A program made the translations under genes and the position numbers. Positions 1-8,357 of a DNA stretch of 64,000 bases are shown piece by piece. Position 1 is the first letter of the stretch; each line of letters begins with the position of its first letter. The notes under the pieces are model-generated. The model ran no database searches. It saw nothing but the letters and a program-made list of their open reading frames with translations, and was not told the origin of the DNA. The stretch is from a virus (Duplodnaviria > Caudoviricetes). The DNA lies in IMG/VR virus record IMGVR_UViG_3300032328_000581, positions 1 to 64,000 of that record. One strand, written 5' to 3'.

Positions 1-40
1 CTGTGTCTGACACGTGCTGACTTATTCTGATTCTTATCTT

Positions 41-147
41 GGGGCAGAGGGTGTCTACACGTGATCCAACATGACTATGATTCCTGCTCGGTACAGAGGG
101 CAAATCCGTTACATCTCTCAGCGTATTGGGTAAACACTCTCTGCCTC
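41..147 (+). ncRNA. Candidate structured RNA (long irregular hairpin)
   Basis: GGGGCAGAGGGTGT (41-54) pairs with ACACTCTCTGCCTC (134-147): 14 bp including two G-U pairs; weaker internal pairings; non-coding context. Confidence 0.35.
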
Positions 148-175
148 CCACAACCATCCAGTAGAAAGGTAAGGT

Positions 176-289
176 ATGACAATCAATCTCGACCTATCTG
201 ATGGCTCAATCGATACTCTCTTAGTGACTATCATTATATTGGCAATCACTAAAGCAGTAGTAACAGTATTGAAGAGTCGTCGTGGTTAA
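176..289 (+). CDS. Small single-TM membrane protein (37 aa, MTINLDLSDGSIDTLLVTIIILAITKAVVTVLKSRRG)
   Basis: Read by hand; RBS GAAAGGTAAGG before the ATG; hydrophobic stretch followed by a basic tail. Confidence 0.6.
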   Translation: MTINLDLSDGSIDTLLVTIIILAITKAVVTVLKSRRG

Positions 290-788
290 AAAGAAAACAA
301 CACCCCGCAAAGTAAATGAATTGATTGCAGAAGAGTTGGAAGAAATTAATTCAAACCCTGAAGTAATCAAAGACTCTAAAGCCAAGTTAGACAACGTGCC
401 AGAGGTCGAATTAGATCCGGTTACTAAGCACGAGGATGAGGCTATTAAGTTAGCCAACTCCAACACAAACAAACGGGGCTCCAGGGATAGTTATCACCCA
501 TTAATGGAAGCCTTTCAACGACATAAGTTACTTGCTGAAGGACAATACACCATCTCCAGTGACTTAATGAGAAAAGAATCAGGATACATCTTAGGGTGTA
601 AAACAGACAACACAGCCTTCCTCGTTGTTCAAGACTTTGACACATCTTGCCTAGTCAGGCTTGACGTTAAAGACTTAGAAAAGCTAAAGTTCCACATTGA
701 CGACGTATTAGTTGAGATGGGGCTTACAGCAATAGGCGTTAAATCAGAAAATGCCCACATGTGGCGCACAGCAAAACGATCAAAATAA
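282..788 (+). CDS. Hypothetical protein
   Basis: 168-aa ORF overlapping the upstream stop; on the coding strand of this block. Confidence 0.7.
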   Translation: MVKKKTTPRKVNELIAEELEEINSNPEVIKDSKAKLDNVPEVELDPVTKHEDEAIKLANSNTNKRGSRDSYHPLMEAFQRHKLLAEGQYTISSDLMRKESGYILGCKTDNTAFLVVQDFDTSCLVRLDVKDLEKLKFHIDDVLVEMGLTAIGVKSENAHMWRTAKRSK

Positions 789-800
789 GGAGATGATCCA

Positions 801-1016
801 ATGAAAGAACGGTTACACAAGGCAATTCCAGTATGGCTATATTGGAAACTTCCACTTAAAGCACAGATATGGCTAGCAGATTACCCTAGAAATCCTAACG
901 TAATTGTTGGTAGGTATTTTCAAGCCAAAAATGGTCAGTTTAAATGGAAAAACTCTTATGAGCCTAAACAAGACTGGCACCATACGGGCTTGTTCTCAAC
1001 AAGAGAGGATCGATAA
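801..1016 (+). CDS. Hypothetical protein
   Basis: 71-aa ORF with RBS AAGGAG. Confidence 0.7.
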   Translation: MKERLHKAIPVWLYWKLPLKAQIWLADYPRNPNVIVGRYFQAKNGQFKWKNSYEPKQDWHHTGLFSTREDR

Positions 1017-1171
1017 TGCCTGAAGATCAAGATAAAAAAGATATAGATATTGACGCAATGCTTAAAGATCTAAATATAGTAATGGCTTCTCTTGCAGAGC
1101 ATATTGAATTACTGCAGGAGCAGGTCGCTACTATAGTTAGTGATGTAGAGAAGTTTAAAGATTCACTATAA
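1016..1171 (+). CDS. Small coiled-coil hypothetical protein (51 aa, MPEDQDKKDIDIDAML...)
   Basis: Read by hand; TAATG coupling with the upstream ORF; RBS GAGGA. Confidence 0.65.
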   Translation: MPEDQDKKDIDIDAMLKDLNIVMASLAEHIELLQEQVATIVSDVEKFKDSL

Positions 1172-1203
1172 AAACACCGGCCAACACAAACATTCGCTGG
1201 CCC

Positions 1204-1277
1204 GCGCTGTTAGCTCAGTTGGTTAGAGCCCCGAACTCATAATTCGGTCGTCGTAGGTTCAAGTCCTACACAGCGCA
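1204..1277 (+). tRNA. tRNA with CAT anticodon (elongator Met or lysidine-modified Ile2); CCA not encoded
   Basis: Acceptor GCGCTGT/ACAGCGC, D-arm GCTC/GAGC, anticodon arm CCGAA-CTCATAA-TTCGG, T-arm GTAGG-TTCAAGT-CCTAC, discriminator A; no initiator hallmarks. Confidence 0.93.
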
Positions 1278-1302
1278 CGGCGCACTCTAGAAGGAGGAGT
1301 GT

Positions 1303-1395
1303 CTTTGGTCTGACGAGACCTAAGGTAAAACACGTCCCGTAAGCATCGGGGTATATCTGCTTCCTGTCCTGAGCATGACAAGGCTAAACTGCTCA
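1303..1395 (+). ncRNA. Three tandem H-type pseudoknot units
   Basis: Each unit is a stem whose loop pairs downstream after a TAWAWC/TAAAC linker (GACG/CGTC, AAGCA/TGCTT, GAGCA/TGCTC). Confidence 0.6.
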
Positions 1396-1418
1396 TTACC
1401 CATGCCCAAGGAGGTTGC

Positions 1419-1736
1419 ATGACAAGAAAGAAAGAAAAATATACTCCTAGTCAATTTAGTAAGCATATGCCAACCCCTATTTATGACAATTGGGCGTGGC
1501 AAGAAAAAGGCTTATGTAATGACTTAAAAAATACAGAAATCTTCTTTTATGAGGAGCAAGAGAGGGGGCCAGACAAAGAAAAGCGTATTAGTCTGGCTGT
1601 AGCCTGTTGCAATGCGTGTCCTGTAATTGAAGCCTGTAGACAGTTTGCTTTAGATACCCATCAAGATTACGGTGTCTGGGGAGGACTAACGGAGGAACAA
1701 AGGTTAGCAATTAGGCGCAAAACAAAAGTAGGATAA
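1419..1736 (+). CDS. whiB: WhiB-family Fe-S transcription factor (WhiB3/WhiD-like)
   Basis: WAWQEKGLC...IFF...CNACPV...C...YGVWGGLTEEQR; RBS AGGAGG. Confidence 0.92.
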   Translation: MTRKKEKYTPSQFSKHMPTPIYDNWAWQEKGLCNDLKNTEIFFYEEQERGPDKEKRISLAVACCNACPVIEACRQFALDTHQDYGVWGGLTEEQRLAIRRKTKVG

Positions 1737-1745
1737 GGAGGAACC

Positions 1746-2420
1746 ATGATTACAAAAGATCAACTCCTGGAACAAAACCGCGATCGTAAATGTCACGATT
1801 TTGATTCGGCAGTAGACTATTTAATCGGCGGTAAAAACCCTGAGTTATATCGCCCATTATATGACAGGGGGCTGGTACTTAGAAGAATTGACGATACAAC
1901 TATGGCAATTACTTTTACTCACCAAACTTCGTTTCAATTAGTTACTTACAAACCAAACGGCGTTGTTATATTGCCATCATTGTACGGGTATCACAGAGTA
2001 AGACCTGCTACCCGAAGAGCAATGGCAAATTATGCAAACCTTATAGGCATAGACTACAAAAAGCGAAAGTATTACATACACAGGCAAATTGATCCAAAGA
2101 AACCTATAAAGTTTAGGCGCTGCACCTCGTGTAGTGGGCAAGGCTTTAATATAATTACTTGCAATGGTATAGACGGTTATAAAGAAGTAACCCAATTCAG
2201 TGGAAAAAGCATAATGCTGCGAGTCATATGCACTATGCCAGAAGAAGATGTCAATCGTTATAGCAATCACAGAGAAAAACAAACGTGTGCATACTGCACC
2301 GCAGGAAAAGTTCAGGTGGGTGGTAAATCCATACCAACTGAGTGGGATGCACGAAAACCGTTACGACTAGATATTGTAACGGGGTACATCCTAGATGATG
2401 AGGAACCTACCGTAAGTTAG
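1746..2420 (+). CDS. Hypothetical protein with DnaJ-like CxxCxGxG zinc-finger motifs
   Basis: CTSCSGQG and CAYCTAG; RBS AAGGAGG. Confidence 0.65.
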   Translation: MITKDQLLEQNRDRKCHDFDSAVDYLIGGKNPELYRPLYDRGLVLRRIDDTTMAITFTHQTSFQLVTYKPNGVVILPSLYGYHRVRPATRRAMANYANLIGIDYKKRKYYIHRQIDPKKPIKFRRCTSCSGQGFNIITCNGIDGYKEVTQFSGKSIMLRVICTMPEEDVNRYSNHREKQTCAYCTAGKVQVGGKSIPTEWDARKPLRLDIVTGYILDDEEPTVS

Positions 2421-2581
2421 GCTGTCTCTGGAAAACGGCAATACTTAGGATCCAGTCATAGCAGCTCTGGTGCTATCAATAAAGTGGTCATGTCTGATAT
2501 CGGTGAGACTTTATTTTTAAATCCAGTGACTATAGCGTGGAGCGAGGCCTCTGCATGACCCTAGTATCTAAATTCGACAGT
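2421..2581 (+). ncRNA. Candidate rod-like structured RNA (about 160 nt)
   Basis: Nested helices GCTGTC/GACAGT, ATACT(T)AGG/CCTAGTAT, GTCAT(A)GCAG/CTGCATGAC, GTGCTAT/ATAGCGT, AATAAAGT/ACTTTATT. Confidence 0.45.
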
Positions 2582-2592
2582 AAATTTATTGT

Positions 2593-2640
2593 AGGTGAAA
2601 GACCGGCGTGTCTGCTATCGGCGCCGGTCTTTCTCCTTTC
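2593..2640 (+). terminator. Terminator-like hairpin
   Basis: GAAAGACCGGCG/CGCCGGTCTTTC 12-bp stem followed by a pyrimidine run. Confidence 0.6.
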
Positions 2641-2641
2641 A

Positions 2642-2683
2642 GTGCTACAGGGCTATTGACAAGTTCGATTCTTGTCTAGCACA
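2642..2683 (+). ncRNA. tRNA-like minihelix (acceptor stem plus T-arm)
   Basis: GTGCTA/TAGCAC stacked on GACAAG-TTCGATT-CTTGTC, with a canonical T-loop. Confidence 0.45.
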
Positions 2684-2745
2684 CTAGCCGGTAAAACGGT
2701 GAACTGCACATTCGGTGCAGTAATAAACTGAAAGGGAAAAGGCAA

Positions 2746-4170
2746 ATGAATATAGCGATGTTCGTAGAGACCTATGAGCCATCGATGAGCGACAGCAAGC
2801 GTCAAATACTTGTTGTTCCACATGATGGCAGTGCTCGTGTATATACAAGACTAACTGACGGAGTTACCGGCAAACGCTGGGACGAAGTGACAGTTAGCGA
2901 ACTGTATACAGCTATGTCTCCTAATGAATTCCTAACTGTTCAGCCTGTTGGTATCCACGTCACTTCAGCAGACGAAGAGGCTATCCGTGAAAACGGCTGG
3001 TCTCCAGTATTGTCTACCAAGGCAATGGCTGCTTATGACAAGGCTCCAAAGGATGAAGAGTTCGGTTCAGTACAACAACGAATCAATACTCTTATTGATA
3101 GAGTTGCAGTATGTGATCCGACATTGGAAGACTATGTTACTGATTTACGACGCCAAAGAGATGGTTCTTCTATTGAGACGCCATTCATTACACAGCCAAC
3201 ACAAACATCCGAGTCAGCATCTACTGACGAGGAAGACTTGAGTGAAGAGATGGTTAATTCATCTGGCAATCTCAAGATCGCCCTGGCAAGTATTCCCCCA
3301 ATTGAATACGCAAACAAGTATGTTAACCGCAAACTAACGGGTAATGTTCTTGACTTTACAGTATTCGATTATGCGCGAGCCACAAAGCGAGAAGTTCTTA
3401 TCTACGGCCCTACCGGTCCTGGTAAGACAACATCTATTGTTGCGTGGGCTGCTAAAAATCAACTGCGTCTTGCAGCTGTGTCCGGCAATGCTGCTCTCGA
3501 GCCAAGCCAACTAATCGGTAAATATGTACCGGATGGTAACGGCGGCTTCGAGTGGATTGACGGCCCAATTACTGACGTAGTTCGTAATGGTGGCGTTCTT
3601 ATTCTCGATGAGTTGAACTTCATCTCACCAAAAATCTACACAATTCTCTATTCACTCCTTGACGGACGACGTTGCTTGATTCTATTGGATCATCACGGCG
3701 AGACTATTCAAGCTCATCCAGACTTGACTATCTTTGCCACCATGAATCCAGAGTATGTCGGTACTACGCCTCTCAACTTTGCGATGCGTAACCGCTTTAG
3801 CGTTCAAATCCCTTGGGATTATGACGACGACGTAGAAGCACAGCTAATCAAGTCAAAAGCACTTCTTGTAATTGCTAAGCAGTTACGTACAGAAGCAGCT
3901 AAAGGTGAGTTCGAAACTCCTATCTCAACTAATATGTTGATGGAGCTAGAGCAAATCATTCCGTTTAATTATGAGTTTGCTATTGCTAACTTCGTTGCAC
4001 ACTTCGATAAAGAAGAGCAAGAGAAGGTTGCACTAGTTCTTATGACTCATGATTTTAACATCAAGGAAGACTTCAAGTTAAATGAAGTTACTCCAAGTGA
4101 ATTAACAGACGGTGTAGAGAGTATCAGCGAAGAAGTTGATGCTTGGCTACAATCAAAGAACACGAACTAG
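2746..4170 (+). CDS. MoxR-type AAA+ ATPase (CbbQ/NirQ/CobS-like)
   Basis: Walker A GPTGPGKT, Walker B LILDELN, sensor ATMNP, arginine finger MRNRF, ISTxxL. Confidence 0.9.
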   Translation: MNIAMFVETYEPSMSDSKRQILVVPHDGSARVYTRLTDGVTGKRWDEVTVSELYTAMSPNEFLTVQPVGIHVTSADEEAIRENGWSPVLSTKAMAAYDKAPKDEEFGSVQQRINTLIDRVAVCDPTLEDYVTDLRRQRDGSSIETPFITQPTQTSESASTDEEDLSEEMVNSSGNLKIALASIPPIEYANKYVNRKLTGNVLDFTVFDYARATKREVLIYGPTGPGKTTSIVAWAAKNQLRLAAVSGNAALEPSQLIGKYVPDGNGGFEWIDGPITDVVRNGGVLILDELNFISPKIYTILYSLLDGRRCLILLDHHGETIQAHPDLTIFATMNPEYVGTTPLNFAMRNRFSVQIPWDYDDDVEAQLIKSKALLVIAKQLRTEAAKGEFETPISTNMLMELEQIIPFNYEFAIANFVAHFDKEEQEKVALVLMTHDFNIKEDFKLNEVTPSELTDGVESISEEVDAWLQSKNTN

Positions 4171-4184
4171 AATAGGTAAAAGAC

Positions 4185-6164
4185 ATGCCGTATCAAGATA
4201 CTACAATATCAAAAAACGGTGCTGCTCGCGAAGAGGCAATGCAGATGAGAGCTTTACAGTTGTCTGCATTGTCTCGAGTATACGAAGGTGCTGACCGAAT
4301 TCTGACAGGTGATCCAATCAACGTTCATGTTGTAGAGGATGGCCCAGCAGTAACCTGGTCTGATGGTGAGAATATCTACATCAATCAAAAGCACATCGGC
4401 GAGATATCCCTTGAAATGCTGACTAAAGTTTCTGGTTTAAACTACCACGAGCTGGCCCATCATTTCTACACGCCCCGCGAAGGAACTACGCTGTTGAAGT
4501 ATGTAATAGAGCAAGGTTACTATACATCCTTTAACATCCTGGAGGATCAACGCATCGAGTCTTTACTCTGTGCTAGATATCCCAGTGTTAGTCCGTATCT
4601 TCAATCTGCTGCCTTAATTTGGCTGCAGACTTCCCCCGAAGCTGCGTTCACTAACTATCCTCTTATCGCTGGTCGTAGGCATATCAACGTAAAAATACGC
4701 GAAGCATTTCGGGACTTGTTTTACAAGCCTGAACTAATCCCCGATATTCAACGAATCACAAATGAGTATCGGTGCTTAGCATTCCCTAGGGACTACAAAC
4801 GAGCAGAAAAACTAATCAAGGAGTTCCACGAATTGATTATCTCACAAATGGATATACCACCTCAGTGTGGTCTTGGCAGCTGTGATGCTCGTTCGCCAAT
4901 CAAAAAAGGTAGACCTGAACCAGGTAAAGCCCAAGAACGTGACGCACGAGTTGCTTCTACGATGGGTAAGCCTGAGTCATTCTACATACCTAAGGAGCCG
5001 TTAGAACAATCGCAACAGGGATCTCAACCAAACGAACAAGGTTGTTTCCCTGGCGAACCGCACAACAGTGGTCCGCAAAAAGGTGAGTCTGTAGAAGGTG
5101 AAGGAACCAGCAATGGTTCTACCCCACCAACACAAACACACACTGAAGTATCTATGACTCAAGAGGAGATGCTACAAAAGCGCGAAGAAAAACTAGAAAA
5201 GCCAACTCAACTCAATACCTGGGGTAACTCTCACGTTAAGAGCCAAGGTGGTTTACCTAAAGATCTTAACACGCTCTTGGAGAATGACATCCAATCAATA
5301 TACGACCGCAAGGATGTTATTAAAGATGTCAAACGCAAGCAGAATATTATCGTTCACGGTGATGAAAACTGGGATGATAACTCTGCTCTTGGTAAGTTCT
5401 CTGATGCACCAGTTCCTGCCAAAGCATTACTTGACTATCGTAGGTTTGCAAATGAACTACGTAAGTTAAAGGATGACTCTGAGCCGGCCTGGGAAAGAGA
5501 GACAGTTGCTGGCAAAATCAATATGCCTCGCGTTATGCGCGGGTGTGATATTGACAAGTCATTCGACTCATGGTCTACAGGAGACGACTCAACTAATATT
5601 GAAGCCGTCATTTTAATCGACCGGTCATCTTCAATGAGCTCAGGCGCTAATGACAAAAAAGCATCAGTAGCATGCTGGACTGTTAAGCGTGCCTTGGAAA
5701 GCATTGACTGTTCTGTAACGGTCTATGCCTTTGATGATAAGAACGAGATAGCCTACAGAAAGCAAGATAAAGCAGGGCGCACCACATACAAGTTCATCCA
5801 CGGCCAAGGCGGCACAGACCCATACGAGTCTTTGCTCCTATCCGAGAAGACTTTTATGATGTCTACTCGCCCAAATAAAATGTTGTTCTTAATTACTGAC
5901 GGTCAGTTTGACAGTAAGCAAAACAACCCAGTTATTGAGCGACTAGCTAAACGTGGTGTGCTAACAGTCATGGTGTTGATTATGGACGAGAGTTCATACA
6001 ATGACGCTGTTACTAGAAACAATATGGCTCAAAGTCTTAGAGACAAAACTGACTTTAGCCATGGAGCCGAACTGTTTGCGCGAGTAAACGGTGGCAAAGA
6101 TCTACTACAACTTGCCAAGTCGGTAGTTGTAGGCGCAATTAAAAAGCGCAGACTAAATAACTAA
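4185..6164 (+). CDS. vWA-domain partner of MoxR with an N-terminal HExxH metallopeptidase-like domain
   Basis: YHELAH plus FNILEDQRIE at the N-terminus; MIDAS elements LIDRSSSM, GGT and LITDG at the C-terminus; low-complexity linker. Confidence 0.88.
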   Translation: MPYQDTTISKNGAAREEAMQMRALQLSALSRVYEGADRILTGDPINVHVVEDGPAVTWSDGENIYINQKHIGEISLEMLTKVSGLNYHELAHHFYTPREGTTLLKYVIEQGYYTSFNILEDQRIESLLCARYPSVSPYLQSAALIWLQTSPEAAFTNYPLIAGRRHINVKIREAFRDLFYKPELIPDIQRITNEYRCLAFPRDYKRAEKLIKEFHELIISQMDIPPQCGLGSCDARSPIKKGRPEPGKAQERDARVASTMGKPESFYIPKEPLEQSQQGSQPNEQGCFPGEPHNSGPQKGESVEGEGTSNGSTPPTQTHTEVSMTQEEMLQKREEKLEKPTQLNTWGNSHVKSQGGLPKDLNTLLENDIQSIYDRKDVIKDVKRKQNIIVHGDENWDDNSALGKFSDAPVPAKALLDYRRFANELRKLKDDSEPAWERETVAGKINMPRVMRGCDIDKSFDSWSTGDDSTNIEAVILIDRSSSMSSGANDKKASVACWTVKRALESIDCSVTVYAFDDKNEIAYRKQDKAGRTTYKFIHGQGGTDPYESLLLSEKTFMMSTRPNKMLFLITDGQFDSKQNNPVIERLAKRGVLTVMVLIMDESSYNDAVTRNNMAQSLRDKTDFSHGAELFARVNGGKDLLQLAKSVVVGAIKKRRLNN

Positions 6165-6178
6165 AGGGAGGTAAAGCA

Positions 6179-6637
6179 ATGTTTAGAGAAATTCTAGACA
6201 AGGCGTTAGGAAAAGACGCTGCAAAAGCAGACATAGCGCAGATGATTGTATTGATTGATTACAAGCCAGTCTTCTGTGACTATGCCAACTTTACAAAGTA
6301 TGATCCTGATTGGTGGCTTGAGTTAGCGGACGATGTAGTTAATAACTCCTCTAACCCAGACTTAGCCTTGGGTCTATATGCTATCGCAGCTTCTCAATAC
6401 TTCTTTGATGGCGAATACCGCAGTAGTAGTCGCTGTAAGGAAGCGTTGATGCGCGGCATGTCACTACGAAAAGAACATCCAGTTCTTATCACAATTGGCA
6501 AAGCCACAATGCTAAGCGAAATGTCTGACGGTGAGGCTGAAATGCCTACCCGCAAGGAAGTAGCTGCGGGTGGTCTGGCCTCTGCTATACAGAATCTCGA
6601 GATGTTCGAGCAGCTAGTATCACAGGACAAAGATTAA
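6179..6637 (+). CDS. Hypothetical protein
   Basis: 152-aa ORF with RBS GGGAGG. Confidence 0.75.
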   Translation: MFREILDKALGKDAAKADIAQMIVLIDYKPVFCDYANFTKYDPDWWLELADDVVNNSSNPDLALGLYAIAASQYFFDGEYRSSSRCKEALMRGMSLRKEHPVLITIGKATMLSEMSDGEAEMPTRKEVAAGGLASAIQNLEMFEQLVSQDKD

Positions 6638-6639
6638 TC

Positions 6640-6891
6640 ATGAGTTACATAGCTCTTGATCTTCTAACGCAAGAATGCGTTGGACCATTTGATACTGAAG
6701 ACCAAGCGCTTGCCTTCTCAATGGAGGCAAGCGATTGGCTTAATGAAAGGGGACTAGTCTTTGATATACACCAAGCGTGTAGCCCAACAGAGTGGTTCTT
6801 AAATAACACATCTAAAACTATAGAGGAGGTAGATGATGGCATCAGCAACCAAGAAGATAGAAACAGCGCCGTTCTTAGTTCGTCGAGTTAG
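6640..6891 (+). CDS. Hypothetical acidic protein
   Basis: 83-aa ORF in the operon. Confidence 0.65.
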   Translation: MSYIALDLLTQECVGPFDTEDQALAFSMEASDWLNERGLVFDIHQACSPTEWFLNNTSKTIEEVDDGISNQEDRNSAVLSSSS

Positions 6892-7399
6892 CGTACTAGA
6901 AAAGCTAAAAGCAAACAAAGAATGGTTAGAAGAATCCCACCTAAAGGTTAGGGATAATCCAGCAACTGAAGAAACGGTTAGTGCTAAGACAGCAGTGACC
7001 TGGGCTAAAGCTAACTGGGAAGATGTGCTTAAAGCACTGACCAAGTCTCATAAAAATGGAACGCTAGAGTTTAGCTACCATCACCACAGAAACTACGGCG
7101 ACCCAGACAGCCCTATTGAGGTACTGATATATCTACACGAAGTACCTACTTACCCCTATAGAAAAGACAGCACCAACACAAACATCCAGGAACTTAACGA
7201 AGCAATAAAGCAGGCTTTTGTTTCTTATACTGATAATAAAGGGGTAGCCACCCCAAGTACATATCAAAAAATATGTCAGTATGTTGCGTTGTTTGAGCAA
7301 TCAACCGAGGAATTTATAGACGCAAAGTTCTACAGTGACTTGCCTACGTTAATTCCTGACTTTAAAGAACAGTTCAATACCGTACAACAAATTAAATAA
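6833..7399 (+). CDS. Hypothetical protein
   Basis: 188-aa ORF with RBS GGAGG (start probably 6836). Confidence 0.75.
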   Translation: MMASATKKIETAPFLVRRVSVLEKLKANKEWLEESHLKVRDNPATEETVSAKTAVTWAKANWEDVLKALTKSHKNGTLEFSYHHHRNYGDPDSPIEVLIYLHEVPTYPYRKDSTNTNIQELNEAIKQAFVSYTDNKGVATPSTYQKICQYVALFEQSTEEFIDAKFYSDLPTLIPDFKEQFNTVQQIK

Positions 7400-7408
7400 G
7401 GGGGAAAA

Positions 7409-7681
7409 ATGCACAATCACGATGATGAAGATGATGAAGATGACTTCTCATTATCTAGCTTAACTGATCTGAACCTAGATTATGATATCTCAAAAGTACC
7501 TGGACCGTTCAAATCTCTTGCACTAGAGCAGATTTGCGCAATGAATAATTTCCTGGTTAACTCACTTGAAGAAGAGGGTAAGTTAATGGAAATGCTGACA
7601 TGGTCAAGTGAGAGGATTAAATCTTACGAGACCGCAATCATACAAAAACACAAAGCCGAGAGGGGCATAGACGATGAGTAG
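7409..7681 (+). CDS. Hypothetical protein with an acidic N-terminus
   Basis: 90-aa ORF containing DDEDDEDD. Confidence 0.7.
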   Translation: MHNHDDEDDEDDFSLSSLTDLNLDYDISKVPGPFKSLALEQICAMNNFLVNSLEEEGKLMEMLTWSSERIKSYETAIIQKHKAERGIDDE

Positions 7682-8354
7682 CAACGTCAACTTTGACGAC
7701 GAAAAAGAAAGAGAAGAGCAACGACGTCACAATCAGATGGTTATTGATAGGCATTCTGATTATGACTGTAAGAATCAGTTAGTTATGATCGGCTCAGCTG
7801 CCGACGTTGACTTAGTAATACAATACCTATCTGATGGTTCCAAGGCCCTAAGCTTCAACAAAGTTAAGCCTGTGCCTGATGAGCTAAAGACGTTCAATCC
7901 ACTAAACATAAAGCCGAGTGTCCTAGAAAAATACAAAGCTTTAGATTCGTATACCTTCAAAGAAGAACACTGGACTACCCCTAAAGAACCAGTTAATATT
8001 CAAGTAGCAACTCATATGCTTACCGAAGGTGTATTAACCGGTCTTCCAATGAAAATTAGAACAGACCTCAAACCTGAAAAGATAGCGGTATTTGAATTTG
8101 ATACTTGCATCAAACCACCAAGCGGAATCTATCACAAAATGAGCATTGACTTTCCAAAGATCATGTTTCATTACAGCTTCGACATTGAAGCTCCTTCAGA
8201 AAACACATGCGGCTGGGCTATTGGGATGGCGGGCGAGATTAAAAATCGTGGCCAATACGACAGTAGCTTCAGAGAAATTAGTCTTCATCTCGGCAAATTC
8301 AAAGATCTATGGTTGGATTTGTCAGATGGAGGTGATGCTAACGAAAGGGAGTAA
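7674..8354 (+). CDS. DUF1281/YubB ferredoxin-like domain protein
   Basis: CxNxLxxxG, FxKxxPxPxEL, W-T, FDTxxxPP and FPxxxFxYxF pattern. Confidence 0.6.
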   Translation: MSSNVNFDDEKEREEQRRHNQMVIDRHSDYDCKNQLVMIGSAADVDLVIQYLSDGSKALSFNKVKPVPDELKTFNPLNIKPSVLEKYKALDSYTFKEEHWTTPKEPVNIQVATHMLTEGVLTGLPMKIRTDLKPEKIAVFEFDTCIKPPSGIYHKMSIDFPKIMFHYSFDIEAPSENTCGWAIGMAGEIKNRGQYDSSFREISLHLGKFKDLWLDLSDGGDANERE

Positions 8355-8357
8355 TCT

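Noticed and set aside
1299-1335. Hammerhead-like CTGACGA...AAAC core with an upstream GTC
   Set aside because: It lacks the essential GAAA (G12) and has no stem I; the pseudoknot reading explains the same bases better
1278-1340. Theta/HDV-like ribozyme at the tRNA 3' end
   Set aside because: I could not build the P1-P2-P3 nested double pseudoknot; only a simple GCACTC/GAGTGT hairpin is present
2418-2558. 45 open codons after the TAG of ORF 1746-2420 (readthrough or recoding)
   Set aside because: This length is plausible by chance, other genes end cleanly at TAG, and no suppressor tRNA is seen
2642-2683. attP site (tRNA 3' half)
   Set aside because: No integrase is seen in the window and the element carries its own 5' acceptor strand; not fully excluded without a host comparison
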